DNA from: an uncultured SAR86 cluster bacterium
GTDB taxonomy: Bacteria > Pseudomonadota > Gammaproteobacteria > Magnimaribacterales > AG-339-G14
Assembly (NCBI GenBank): GCA_902635045.1
Contig: CACPMT010000003.1
Span: forward strand, 7,128 to 71,127
Direction: 5' to 3'
Length of the DNA: 64,000 nucleotides
Part shown: positions 43,380 to 53,548 of the stretch, piece by piece
How the letters are laid out: each line of letters starts with the position of its first letter
Numbering within the stretch: the first letter of the stretch is position 1
Notes under the pieces: generated by a model
The model's input: the letters and a program-made list of their open reading frames with translations, nothing else
The model's database searches: none
Told to the model about the DNA's origin: nothing
Translations under genes and position numbers: made by a program

Positions 43380-43991
43380 ATGTTGAAACTTCATTATGCG
43401 CCAAACTCCAGAGCCGAAAGAGTTCTATGGTTATTAGAAGAATTGGAATTACCCTACGAGTTAAACTCGATGCCTTTTCATCCAGAAGCACTTAAGTCAG
43501 ACGAACACCGTAAAAGACATCCGCTCGGAAGAATACCGGTTTTAGAAGATGGCGATGTGAGTATCTATGAATCCGGTGCAATAATTGATTATGTGTTAGA
43601 AAAACACAAAAACGGTGGCTTAAAGCCATCAGTTGATTCTCCTGAATATCCATATTATTTACAATGGTTTCATTTCTGTGAGGGCATGATCGCTCAACCG
43701 ATGAATACTATTGTTGTTCATACCATTCTTTTGCCACCTGAGAGAAGAGACGAAACTGTTCTGGGTCAAGCACAGCGTTTAGCCTCTAAATCCTTAACCG
43801 CGATTGAGACAGCTTTGGATGGCAAAGAGTATTTGGTGGGAGATTTTTCTGGTGTTGAATTTATGACTGGCCATTGCTGTACTAAATTATCAGATTTGGG
43901 ATGTGTAACAGACGAAATGCCAAACTTAAAAGCATATGTTGAAAGAATAAAAGCAAGACCAGCTTTTCAAAAAGCTATTTCAACTACTTAA
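43380..43991 (+). CDS. Glutathione S-transferase
   Basis: PNSRA, HPLGRIPVL, ESGAI, RPAFQKA. Confidence 0.92.
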   Translation: MLKLHYAPNSRAERVLWLLEELELPYELNSMPFHPEALKSDEHRKRHPLGRIPVLEDGDVSIYESGAIIDYVLEKHKNGGLKPSVDSPEYPYYLQWFHFCEGMIAQPMNTIVVHTILLPPERRDETVLGQAQRLASKSLTAIETALDGKEYLVGDFSGVEFMTGHCCTKLSDLGCVTDEMPNLKAYVERIKARPAFQKAISTT

Positions 43992-44002
43992 AAGGTGAAG
44001 TT

Positions 44003-44416
44003 ATGAAAGTAGAAAATAAAGTAAATCCTAACGAAGAACAAATGGCAGGATTTTTAGAAGGAGATGTTGATTCCCCAATAGAAATGGTGAATCTTCTTAA
44101 ATTCAAGGAAAAAGCCGAGTACGAAGATGGAAGGGAAACAGATCTTTCTGGAGAAGAAGCATACGCAATTTACGGGCTAGAAGTACTTGAACATTTAAAA
44201 AAAGTTGGTGCTGAATCGGTTTTTTTTGGCAAAGTCGAACGTCTGATGCTTGGGGAAGTTGAAGAATTGTGGGATATGGTAGCTATCGCCAGATATCCAT
44301 CCAGAAAGGCAATGTTGAAAATGATCACAGATCCTGATTACATGGAAAGTGCTAAACATAGAGCTGCAGGATTAAAGGGACAATTAAATATAGAAACCAA
44401 AACAGGTAATAGTTAA
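44003..44416 (+). CDS. DUF1330-family protein
   Basis: MVNLLKF, GEEAY..Y, WD.VAIARYPS, HRAAGL. Confidence 0.8.
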   Translation: MKVENKVNPNEEQMAGFLEGDVDSPIEMVNLLKFKEKAEYEDGRETDLSGEEAYAIYGLEVLEHLKKVGAESVFFGKVERLMLGEVEELWDMVAIARYPSRKAMLKMITDPDYMESAKHRAAGLKGQLNIETKTGNS

Positions 44417-44417
44417 T

Positions 44418-45461
44418 TTGGAGCCTTTAACTTTAATAGGTGCTCCACCGTCACCTTATACTAGAAAAATGATTGCCTTAATGAGGTATCGTCACATTCC
44501 CTATAATATTATTTGGGGAGACCCACAAAGTTTGCTTTCTGGCGAGTTTAAAAACCTTGGCATTGATCCACCCAAACCTGTTCTTCTTCCAACTTTTATT
44601 CTTCCGGATGAAAAGGGAATTTTAAAAGCTGAGACAGATTCAACTCCACTAATTAGAAGATTTGAAGTCGAGTACGAAGATAGAAAATGCCTTCCAGCGG
44701 ATCCCGCCTTAAATTTTTTAAATTTCCTTTTGGAAGATTTCGCTGATGAATGGGTTACTAAGTTTATGTTTCATTATCGTTGGCATTTCGAAGAAGACGC
44801 TGATAATGCTGGTACTCTGTTGCCTCTAGCTCAGACAACTAATCTGCCTGACGAAATTCATCAATCAGCAAAAAAATATATTTCTGAAAGACAAATTGAG
44901 CGACTTAGAGTAGTTGGTTCCAATGACACAACGGCCCCAATTATTGAAGCTAGTTACAAAAGATTTTTGAGTATTTTAGAAAAACACTTTAAAAATTCTC
45001 CTTTTTTATTAGGGCAAAGAGCAAGCTCAGCAGATTTTGGTCTATACGGGCAATTGAGTCAGCTTATTGGCTTTGATCCTACGTCTAGAAAAATTGCTCA
45101 TGATTTGTCTCCTAGAACAGTAGCTTGGATCAATGTTATTGAAGATTTATCTGGACTTGAAATTACTGAGGAGGGATGGACTAAATTAGAAGACTTGCCA
45201 GAAAGTATTTTTGACCTTCTCAATGAGGTGGGCCGAGGCTATGTGCCGGCTCTCTTAAGAAACAAAGCAGCACATGAAAAAGGTAAGAAAACATGGGAAG
45301 CTGAAATAGATGGCTGTCCTTGGGTTCAACAAACATTTCCCTATCAATCGAAATGTTTAAAATGGATAAATGAAGAATATTTGAAACTTAGTGAAATGGA
45401 TAGAAGCAGAATTGACGATGTGCTCAAAGACACAGGTTGTGAAAAATTATTTATCCAATGA
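44418..45461 (+). CDS. Glutathione S-transferase-like protein (long form)
   Basis: SPYTRK, DSTPLI, EDFADEW...HYRW, FLLG..S.ADF. Confidence 0.8.
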   Translation: MEPLTLIGAPPSPYTRKMIALMRYRHIPYNIIWGDPQSLLSGEFKNLGIDPPKPVLLPTFILPDEKGILKAETDSTPLIRRFEVEYEDRKCLPADPALNFLNFLLEDFADEWVTKFMFHYRWHFEEDADNAGTLLPLAQTTNLPDEIHQSAKKYISERQIERLRVVGSNDTTAPIIEASYKRFLSILEKHFKNSPFLLGQRASSADFGLYGQLSQLIGFDPTSRKIAHDLSPRTVAWINVIEDLSGLEITEEGWTKLEDLPESIFDLLNEVGRGYVPALLRNKAAHEKGKKTWEAEIDGCPWVQQTFPYQSKCLKWINEEYLKLSEMDRSRIDDVLKDTGCEKLFIQ

Positions 45462-45925
45462 AATTAATCAATAATTTATTTCCAAACGATGCTTCCTTAT
45501 ATAACGGCAGTAAAATAGCTTTTTATGGTTTTATCTTCTTTCTGGCTTTGATGACTTGGCGGGCAATCATACATATGTTCTTTTGGGAGACTGGACTGCA
45601 TGACATTGCAAATGTAATTGTTCTAGAAGGAAAGCCTGATCCAATGATTCCTATCTATTTATTTTTTTCCTTGTGGGGTCTTCAACAAATCTTAACATGC
45701 CTTATTAGCTTAATAGTTCTATTGAAATATCAAGGACTGATTCCCTTAATGATTTTGATTTTTGCTCTTGAATGGTGGATAAGAACTTTTTACAGTTTAA
45801 TGGGTATGCCATCAATTATTCCTGAATATACTGATGGTGTTACACCTGGGGCAGTTGGAGCACCATTTGCAGGTATTTTGCTTTTAATAATGTTAGCTCT
45901 GTCTTTACGATCTAAAAATGCTTAA
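45458..45925 (+). CDS. Hypothetical 4-TM membrane protein
   Basis: Hydrophobic ORF overlapping both neighbours. Confidence 0.7.
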   Translation: MKLINNLFPNDASLYNGSKIAFYGFIFFLALMTWRAIIHMFFWETGLHDIANVIVLEGKPDPMIPIYLFFSLWGLQQILTCLISLIVLLKYQGLIPLMILIFALEWWIRTFYSLMGMPSIIPEYTDGVTPGAVGAPFAGILLLIMLALSLRSKNA

Positions 45926-47570
45926 AAAAATCTTCTATATTTCAGGTACGCTTTTATTAATTGTCTCTATCTTCTGGGAATATAAGGTAAATATTCTTAT
46001 TTGGTCCATTCCAAAAATAGCCTATTTTACGATGCCTATAAAAGAAAATATTCCTACGAATTGGTCAAGTGGGCCAAGCGAAATTCAAAAAAGAACAGAC
46101 GAAAGACCAAACATAATCTTAATATTGGCTGATGATATGGGTTACAACGATATATCTGCGCATAATGGCGGGGCTGCAGATGGTTCTCTAAAGACTCCGC
46201 ATATTGATTCGCTAGCAAATAGTGGAATTTTATTTTCAAGAGGTTATGCAGCAAATGCAACTTGCGCTCCCTCTAGAGCTTCAATAATGACTGGAAAATA
46301 TCCGACAAGATTTGGGTACGAATTTACTCCTGTTCCTGCTATGGGCAGATTAATAATGCAATGGCTAGCGGACGAGGATGATGAAGAATTAAGGGCAAGG
46401 ATTGATCGAGAAGTAGCAACAAACATACCTCCTTACATGGAGCAGGGGATGCCCACCGAACAAATTACTGTTGCAGAGATTTTACGAGATGCAGGATATT
46501 ACACGGCCCATATAGGAAAATGGCATCTTGGTAATGCCTATGGTATGGATCCTCTCAGTCAAGGCTTTCAAGACTCTTTGCAAATGCTGGGACCACTATA
46601 TTTACCTGAAGATCACCCAGATGTCGTTAATGCTAAGTTTAATACAAGAATTGACAGGATGATTTGGGGCCTTGGGCAATATTCAGCTAATTTTAATGGG
46701 GGCGATCGATTCAAACCCGACAAATATCTAACAGATTACTATACTGACGAAGCATTAAAGGTAATTGAGAATAATAAAAATAGACCCTTTTTTTTATATT
46801 TAAGCCACTGGGCAATTCATAATCCACTTCAGGCTTTAAGAAGCGATGTTGAGCAAATGAGTCATATGCACAGTCATAATCTTCAGGTTTATTCAGGAAT
46901 GATAGCTGCTCTCGATAGAAGTGTAGGAAAGGTAGTACAGAAATTAAAAGATTTGGATATATATGGAAAAACCTTAATTATTTTTACTAGTGATAATGGT
47001 GGAGCTAACTACATTGAATTGGAAGATATAAATAAGCCCTACAGAGGTTGGAAAATAAGTTTTTTTGAGGGTGGAATCAGAGTTCCTTATATTGTTAGTT
47101 GGCCCGAGCAAATCGACCCAGGGCAAAAATCAGAGAGTACTGTCCATCACTTTGATATCTTACCTACCATTACTTCAGCTGCAGGAATCAAATCACCTAT
47201 TGAGACAAATTTAGATGGAGTAAATTTATTACCTTATATAAAGAAAGAAGTTGATACTCAACCTCATAAAACCCTATTTTGGAGATCCGGGAATCATCAA
47301 TCGGTCCTCCACGAAGACTGGAAATATATAGTAAGCAAAAAAGAAAATTTCCGCTGGTTATTTGACACTTCCGTAGATCAGGAAGAAAAAAATAATGTTA
47401 TAGATAGTTATCCTGAGAAAGCTAAATTACTTGAAGAACTCTTAACTAAATTTAACTCAGAACAAAAAGATCCTTTATTTCCTTCTGCATATGAAGTTTC
47501 AACCATGATAGATAAGTATGACGGACAAGAATACCAAGAAGGAGATGAATATATTTATTGGTCAAATTAA
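45918..47570 (+). CDS. Formylglycine-dependent sulfatase
   Basis: PNIILILADDMG, CAPSR (CxPxR), GKWHLG, SDNG, EGGIRVP; N-terminal anchor. Confidence 0.94.
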   Translation: MLKKIFYISGTLLLIVSIFWEYKVNILIWSIPKIAYFTMPIKENIPTNWSSGPSEIQKRTDERPNIILILADDMGYNDISAHNGGAADGSLKTPHIDSLANSGILFSRGYAANATCAPSRASIMTGKYPTRFGYEFTPVPAMGRLIMQWLADEDDEELRARIDREVATNIPPYMEQGMPTEQITVAEILRDAGYYTAHIGKWHLGNAYGMDPLSQGFQDSLQMLGPLYLPEDHPDVVNAKFNTRIDRMIWGLGQYSANFNGGDRFKPDKYLTDYYTDEALKVIENNKNRPFFLYLSHWAIHNPLQALRSDVEQMSHMHSHNLQVYSGMIAALDRSVGKVVQKLKDLDIYGKTLIIFTSDNGGANYIELEDINKPYRGWKISFFEGGIRVPYIVSWPEQIDPGQKSESTVHHFDILPTITSAAGIKSPIETNLDGVNLLPYIKKEVDTQPHKTLFWRSGNHQSVLHEDWKYIVSKKENFRWLFDTSVDQEEKNNVIDSYPEKAKLLEELLTKFNSEQKDPLFPSAYEVSTMIDKYDGQEYQEGDEYIYWSN

Positions 47571-47606
47571 TTTGTATTAAGTTCAAAAATTTAAGAAAAT
47601 AGAAAT

Positions 47607-47819
47607 ATGTTGTCTAATTTAATTGAAGGAATATTCAACCATTTAACCAATTGGGGAATTTTTTGGTTTGGTTTTTTGTTTTTCGGGAGTATTTTTGGTG
47701 CAATATTGACTTTAATTTTCTCTACATACGATTCAGGAACCTTACTTCTTGCGGGTTATTTTTTAGGCGCGATTTTCGGATTGATAGCTAATTATAAGGA
47801 TTGGTCATGGATCAACTAG
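47607..47819 (+). CDS. Small Gly-rich membrane protein
   Basis: Two hydrophobic segments; overlaps the start of the desaturase gene. Confidence 0.6.
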   Translation: MLSNLIEGIFNHLTNWGIFWFGFLFFGSIFGAILTLIFSTYDSGTLLLAGYFLGAIFGLIANYKDWSWIN

Positions 47820-48748
47820 CAGAGCAAAAAGATTTATTTCAAAATCATCAGGAAGAAAATTTAGATCTTTCTTTGGAAGCTGAGAAAAAAATAGCTAGGT
47901 CTTTTATGGGCCGAATAGAATGGGAAATGATAGTTATTGGATTAACCCAATGCCTATTTTGGTTTGGTGTTTGGGCGATGGTCTTGAATGGATTTATGCC
48001 TCTCTGGGTCGGATGTCTCGCTTTGATAGTTTCTTCAACTTTTGCCTATTTGCCCTCACATGCCGGACAGCATGGCCATTTATCTGGAAACAAAAAACAT
48101 CTAGATTGGTTAAATTTTTGGGTAGGTCAGATTTCATTGATTCCTCTAGCTCAATCGCATGAGATTTTAAAAATAACTCATCTTAAACATCATGCTCATA
48201 CCAATGATCCGAATAATGATCCTGACTATAATCACACTCACACAAGCGGTTGGTTTAAATCGGCTTTAGCTGCGCATCAATATGGCACTAGAGATAAAAG
48301 ATTTAATAACATGATCGAAAAGTGGATGGAGACAGATCCTGAATTTAAAGCTGCAGGCGAAAGAGGAGGAATGGTTCAGGTTGGTTTTTATATATTACAG
48401 ATTGTTGCTGCAATTAATTTTCCTCTAGAAACTTTGCTTTTATGGTGGCTTCCACGAAAATTGGCTGTCTCATATTTGGGTGTAATTTTTTCTCATATGC
48501 CTCATAAGGGGCTTCCTGTCGGCAGACATTCTGATACTAGATTCTGGTCGAACGGAATTATCAGATTCTTCAATCACTCAATGCAGATTCATGCTATGCA
48601 TCACATGTATCCAAAAATTTGTCACCACGACGAACCAAAAGCAATTGAAGCTTTAAGACCCTTTATGATTGCTAGAGGTATACCCGGAGCAGATAGAATA
48701 CCAGAGAGAATAAAGAACAATCCTCTTACAAAATTAAATACAGTATAA
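47807..48748 (+). CDS. Membrane fatty acid desaturase family protein (CrtR-like)
   Basis: His boxes HAGQH, HLKHH, HMPH and HAMHH; TND...DPD. Confidence 0.82.
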   Translation: MDQLAEQKDLFQNHQEENLDLSLEAEKKIARSFMGRIEWEMIVIGLTQCLFWFGVWAMVLNGFMPLWVGCLALIVSSTFAYLPSHAGQHGHLSGNKKHLDWLNFWVGQISLIPLAQSHEILKITHLKHHAHTNDPNNDPDYNHTHTSGWFKSALAAHQYGTRDKRFNNMIEKWMETDPEFKAAGERGGMVQVGFYILQIVAAINFPLETLLLWWLPRKLAVSYLGVIFSHMPHKGLPVGRHSDTRFWSNGIIRFFNHSMQIHAMHHMYPKICHHDEPKAIEALRPFMIARGIPGADRIPERIKNNPLTKLNTV

Positions 48749-48751
48749 AAA

Positions 48752-50008
48752 TTAACTTGAGAAACTTAATTTTGGCAAGTACTTCAATAAAGTAACTAAG
48801 ACAATATTAAATAATGATTGAAAGATAAACAGTTGCGTTACTAACAGTTCACTATTAACTACATTTCCAAATAAGAAAAAAATAATTACAGCTGACGATC
48901 TTAAAATTTCTGGCAGGAAGCTTAATTCGTATTTTTCCATACTCATCAAAGCTATTGTCGAAGTGATCAATAGAGTAATTGCAAAAATACTAGTGTCTTG
49001 GAAGGATTGGCTTGTGACTGAAGCAGTTACAGCTGCCGATAATCCCATAATGAAAAACAATTGAATCCAACTATAAATTTTTACTTCAAAAGAAGTTGAA
49101 GGATTGTAAGGTTCAAAATTATCTAAGTCATTTTTATAAATAGGATGACTTACCTTTACATCATCTGGTCGCCAGTTTGGCCTTGAAAACCAGACCTTTA
49201 TTTTGTTTTTTATAGATTTTGTTCTTGTCGAGTCCTTGATCATTTCCGCAAATATGTCTAAGTTGGCCTTGAAAGGATTCCAACTTCTTAGAGGCTTTGC
49301 AGTTCCATATATAGGTTTTAATTCGTCAAGTTCTTCTTTGTAAGTACCAAAGAGCCTATCCCAAAATATAAAAACACCTCCGTAGTTAGCATCTACATAA
49401 TGCTTGTTTTGAGCATGGTGAATTCTATGATTTGAAGGGGAAACAAAAACATACTCATACCAACCAAGTTTAGGAATATGTTCTGTATGAACCCAAAATT
49501 GGTAAACAAGATTTATTCCCGCTACTGTAACAAAAACTTCGGGAGGAATCCCAACAATAAAAATAGGCAAATAAAATATCCATTTCCAAAGAAAACCTGT
49601 GCTTGTTTGCCTAAGCGCTGTTGAAAGATTAAATTCTTCTCCATGGTGATGAACCACGTGAGTTGCCCACAATACTTTGACTTCGTGATGTAACCGATGC
49701 ATCCAGTAATAACAAAAATCATATAAAAAGAATGCAAATATCCAAACCCACAAAGAGGAAGAAGAAAATAATTTTAAATTATAGTATTGAGCAACGTAGG
49801 CAAAAGCTGCTCCTTGCAGACCCAATCCAAGCAAAGGAATATATCTACTTATAAGACCTAGACTTATACTTGTGAAAGAATCGTTCAGGCGGTAATTATT
49901 TTTGCCTGCGACTAAACCGTATATCAACTCAATGAAAATTAGTACAAAGAAAGCGGGTACAGCTAGAGTGATAATTATCGAAGAATCAAATGAGCCAACT
50001 TTTTCCAT
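48752..50008 (-). CDS. Sterol desaturase/fatty acid hydroxylase family protein, alkylglycerol monooxygenase-like
   Basis: YYWMHRLHH, HVVHH.GEEFNLSTALRQ, QFWVHTE, HRIHH, NYGGVFIFWDRLFGT; extended C-terminal TM domain. Confidence 0.88.
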   Translation of the reverse strand: MEKVGSFDSSIIITLAVPAFFVLIFIELIYGLVAGKNNYRLNDSFTSISLGLISRYIPLLGLGLQGAAFAYVAQYYNLKLFSSSSLWVWIFAFFLYDFCYYWMHRLHHEVKVLWATHVVHHHGEEFNLSTALRQTSTGFLWKWIFYLPIFIVGIPPEVFVTVAGINLVYQFWVHTEHIPKLGWYEYVFVSPSNHRIHHAQNKHYVDANYGGVFIFWDRLFGTYKEELDELKPIYGTAKPLRSWNPFKANLDIFAEMIKDSTRTKSIKNKIKVWFSRPNWRPDDVKVSHPIYKNDLDNFEPYNPSTSFEVKIYSWIQLFFIMGLSAAVTASVTSQSFQDTSIFAITLLITSTIALMSMEKYELSFLPEILRSSAVIIFFLFGNVVNSELLVTQLFIFQSLFNIVLVTLLKYLPKLSFSS

Positions 50009-50083
50009 TCAAGGATTTTAGTTCAAATGCTGTAAAACACAAAAAATTATTGCTTTTAGCAAAAAGTTAACTAACCTTAGAAC

Positions 50084-50662
50084 ATGTCATTCACTTTGCA
50101 ATTGGGCCAAAAAGCTCCGGAATTTAACCTAATTTCTACAAGCTACGAAAATGTCTGCCTTTCAAGTTTCGATTCTAAATTTTTAGTAATTTTTTTTACG
50201 TGCAATCACTGTCCTTACGTTACAGGATCGGATGAGGTAACTAGAAAAACTGTAAATAAATTCAAAGACAAAGATGTGAGCTTTATCGCTATCAACTCAA
50301 ACAGTGCAAATACATATCAAGAAGATAGCTTTGAAAATATGATTTTGAGAATGGAAGAATATGAGTTTCCTTGGGTTTATTTACATGATGCCGATCAGGA
50401 AATTGCGCTGAAATATGGAGCTCTAAAAACTCCACACTTTTATGTTTTTAATGAACAAAGGGAACTTGTTTATACTGGCAGGGGAGTGGATTCGCCATTG
50501 GATGCAAATAAAATTAAAATCAACAATCTTGAATTAGTTCTTGATGAGCTTACTTCAAATACATTAATATCTATTCCCATAACAAACCCAATTGGGTGCA
50601 GTGTAAAATGGGAAGGTAAGGATTCTCATTGGATGCCACCCGAGGCATGTGATCTTGTATAA
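50084..50662 (+). CDS. Thioredoxin-fold (AhpC/TSA-like) protein
   Basis: [27 protein letters not shown]. Confidence 0.88.
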   Translation: MSFTLQLGQKAPEFNLISTSYENVCLSSFDSKFLVIFFTCNHCPYVTGSDEVTRKTVNKFKDKDVSFIAINSNSANTYQEDSFENMILRMEEYEFPWVYLHDADQEIALKYGALKTPHFYVFNEQRELVYTGRGVDSPLDANKIKINNLELVLDELTSNTLISIPITNPIGCSVKWEGKDSHWMPPEACDLV

Positions 50663-50677
50663 ATTTAAGGAGTAGAT

Positions 50678-51376
50678 ATGACAGATTTAGCCACACTAAC
50701 GAAGCAAGGAGATGTTTCAATAATAAAACTGGATGATGGAAAAGCCAATGCTTTTTCTCTCGATATGTTGGAAAGCCTCAATGCTTGTTTGGCTGAGGTG
50801 CCAAGGGACTCAGGATCTTTGATAATTACTGGTAGAGAAGGTCTTTTTTCTGCTGGATTCGATCTAAAAACTCTTGCATCCGGAGATGTAGAAGCTGCAC
50901 AAAAGATGGTTAAACTTGGTTTTAACACGCTTTTAGACTTGTATTCTTTTCCTAGACCTATCGTGGCCGCGATATCCGGCCATGCCGTTGCACTTGGAAT
51001 TTTCGTTGCCTGTTGTTGTGATTATAGGATTGGAATTGAAGGAAAATTCATCTGCCAAGCCAATGAAGTTAGAAATAACATGGACATTCCCGTTCAGATT
51101 ATGGAGATTGTTAAAGATAGGCTTGATAAAAAGCACTTTTATAAAGCGATATATCATGCAGAAGTTTATCCAATGCACGAAGCCATTTCTGCTGGGTATA
51201 TTGACGAAATTGTGCCTCCAGCAAACTTGATGGAAAAAGCTTTGGAAAAAGCTGAAGATTTAGCAACTTTAGGGCATCCTTACTATATGAATACCAAAAA
51301 TGTGTATCAAGCCGATGTCGTTGCTAAAATTAAAGAAGGAATTGAAGGGGCGAGACCTCCAGGACAAACTGCTTAA
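50678..51376 (+). CDS. Crotonase/enoyl-CoA hydratase-isomerase family protein
   Basis: DDGKANA, FSAGFDL, GHAVALG, ANEV. Confidence 0.9.
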   Translation: MTDLATLTKQGDVSIIKLDDGKANAFSLDMLESLNACLAEVPRDSGSLIITGREGLFSAGFDLKTLASGDVEAAQKMVKLGFNTLLDLYSFPRPIVAAISGHAVALGIFVACCCDYRIGIEGKFICQANEVRNNMDIPVQIMEIVKDRLDKKHFYKAIYHAEVYPMHEAISAGYIDEIVPPANLMEKALEKAEDLATLGHPYYMNTKNVYQADVVAKIKEGIEGARPPGQTA

Positions 51377-51377
51377 A

Positions 51378-52388
51378 TTATTTTCTTTTTAAAAGATAAT
51401 GGCTAACAAACCATTCGTTACCATTGTTAATTTTGAAAAATTCTTCGACGGTTAGAAAAAAAATTCGCCATCTTTGAAACCATAAATTTGCATCATCGTA
51501 ATGTTTTGCAAACATAGCTAAAGTTTCTTTTTTATTTTTATAATGATTTGATAGCCAGTCTCTCGATGTAAGAGAATAATGTGTGCCGTTTACTTTCCAA
51601 TCTTTTACGACAGTCATATCATCGGAAAAATAATTAAAGATGTCTTGTGACGGCATTATCCCTCCTAAAAAGAAGAATTTAGTCATCCAATCAGCATCAC
51701 CGGAGATTTCGTAAGGATACAAAAAATCTTTATGACAAAAAATATGAACAAATAGTTTGCCTTTTTCTGTGAGCATATTAGCTACTTTTGAAAGAAGTTT
51801 TTCATAATTTCTCATATGCTCGAACATTTCAATTGAAACAATTCGATCAAATTTTTCTTCAATATCTAGAGCGTTTATGTCTACTTTTAAAGCATTGATA
51901 TTATCTAAACCTCTCGATTTTGCCTCAGTTGTAATAAAATCTATTTGGTCTTGAGAGTTGCTAATCGAGGTAAAAGAATTTTTAGGAAATCTTTCAGCAG
52001 CAAATAAACTAAAACTTCCCCAGCCACAGCCCAAGTCTAAAACATTTTGTCCATCACAAATTTCCGCTCTACTAAGGTAAAGCTGAAGCATCTTTTCTTC
52101 TGCTTCATCTAAGGTTTCTTTTTGAGTTTCATATAAACAACAGGAATATTTTAAATTCTTGCCTAATACGTTGGTAAAGAATGATGGCGGAACCTCGTAA
52201 TGCTGTTCATTAGCCTCAAGAGTCTGTTCAGCTATTGCTCCTTCTTTAAAAGAAGCTGCAATGTTTGATTTTTCCGATAACAAGGAATCATCTTCTAATC
52301 TACTTAAACTAAGTTTTCTTATTGCAATTCTTAACAAAAAGTCTGGAATAAAACCTTTTTCCGCCAGCCATAATCCTATTTTTATCAT
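51378..52388 (-). CDS. SAM-dependent methyltransferase, CFA-synthase-related
   Basis: ANEQHYEVP, KYSCC, LDLGCGWGS, SIEMFEHM, WFVSHY. Confidence 0.88.
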   Translation of the reverse strand: MIKIGLWLAEKGFIPDFLLRIAIRKLSLSRLEDDSLLSEKSNIAASFKEGAIAEQTLEANEQHYEVPPSFFTNVLGKNLKYSCCLYETQKETLDEAEEKMLQLYLSRAEICDGQNVLDLGCGWGSFSLFAAERFPKNSFTSISNSQDQIDFITTEAKSRGLDNINALKVDINALDIEEKFDRIVSIEMFEHMRNYEKLLSKVANMLTEKGKLFVHIFCHKDFLYPYEISGDADWMTKFFFLGGIMPSQDIFNYFSDDMTVVKDWKVNGTHYSLTSRDWLSNHYKNKKETLAMFAKHYDDANLWFQRWRIFFLTVEEFFKINNGNEWFVSHYLLKRK

Positions 52389-53548
52389 TTAACTTTTAAC
52401 AAGTATTGCGAAACTTCTAATTGACCGTTTAAGAAACCACCTCTGCAGTAGGCTAAATACATATCCCAAGTTCTTTTAAATTTTGCATCAAAACCCATTT
52501 TTTCAATATCACCCCAAGCAATTTGAAAATTTTCATACCAAGTTTCCAATGTTTTGGCATAAGATTTTGCAAAATTAGTAGTTTTTATATTTTCTAAATC
52601 AAATTTATTTGCTTCATCAATAAACAATTGATCCGATGCTAATTCTCCGCCAGGAAAAATATAAGTCTGAATAAAATCAGGCCATTTATCATAACCCTCA
52701 AAGTAATCTTCGGTCATTGTTATAGTTTGTATGACAGCCTTTGCATTGGGTTTCAGTACATTTTGAATTTTTTGAAAATAAGAATTCCAGTACTCGGAAC
52801 CAACTGCTTCAAACATTTCGATAGATACGACAGCATCAAACTTACCTTCGAGTAATCTGTAATCGATTAATTCAATATCAGGAACTATCTCTAAGTTTTC
52901 TATTCTTTCTCTAGCAAATTTAAATTGACTTGGCGAAATGGTTATTCCTTTAACTAAATAACCTTGATTGGAAGCATGTTCTAAAAAACCTCCCCAGCCA
53001 CAACCTATTTCTAAAATACTAGATCCAACAGGAAGATCTAAAGTATCTAGAATTAATTGGTACTTGGCTTTTTGAGCTTCCTCAATAGTTTCATTTTTTT
53101 CTCTATAAAAACCTGAAGAGTAGGTCATGGTTTTATCAAGCCACATAGAATAAAAATCGTTTCCTAAGTCATAGTGCGCTTGAATATTTTTTTTGCTACC
53201 AGAAATAGAATTTTTATTTAATCTGTGTCGAATTTTTGTGAAGATCCTTCCTAAAACTTTTCCGTCAACAATTGTACTTATCGAAGAATAGTTTTTAGTA
53301 AGAAATTCCATTAAAAATACGAGATTGGAAGTCGTCCAATAATTCTTTATATATCCTTCGGTGAAGCCTAGACTGCCTCTGGTAAATAAAAGCCAAATTC
53401 CTCTCCACGAAGTAATAACCAAATCTGCTTTTTCGGAGCCTTCTCCAAGTTCGAGGACAGTTTTATTAGGAAAAGTGATTACTAAAGAACCAGATTCTAA
53501 ATTAACAATCTTTTTCTCGAGCCATTTTTTAAAAAAATTAGTCAACAT
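52385..53548 (-). CDS. cfa: Cyclopropane fatty acyl phospholipid synthase family methylase (UfaM/CfaS-like)
   Basis: NIQAHYDLGNDFY, MTYSS, LEIGCGWG, SIEMFEAVG, YIFPGG, YLAYC.GGF. Confidence 0.9.
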   Translation of the reverse strand: MLTNFFKKWLEKKIVNLESGSLVITFPNKTVLELGEGSEKADLVITSWRGIWLLFTRGSLGFTEGYIKNYWTTSNLVFLMEFLTKNYSSISTIVDGKVLGRIFTKIRHRLNKNSISGSKKNIQAHYDLGNDFYSMWLDKTMTYSSGFYREKNETIEEAQKAKYQLILDTLDLPVGSSILEIGCGWGGFLEHASNQGYLVKGITISPSQFKFARERIENLEIVPDIELIDYRLLEGKFDAVVSIEMFEAVGSEYWNSYFQKIQNVLKPNAKAVIQTITMTEDYFEGYDKWPDFIQTYIFPGGELASDQLFIDEANKFDLENIKTTNFAKSYAKTLETWYENFQIAWGDIEKMGFDAKFKRTWDMYLAYCRGGFLNGQLEVSQYLLKVK

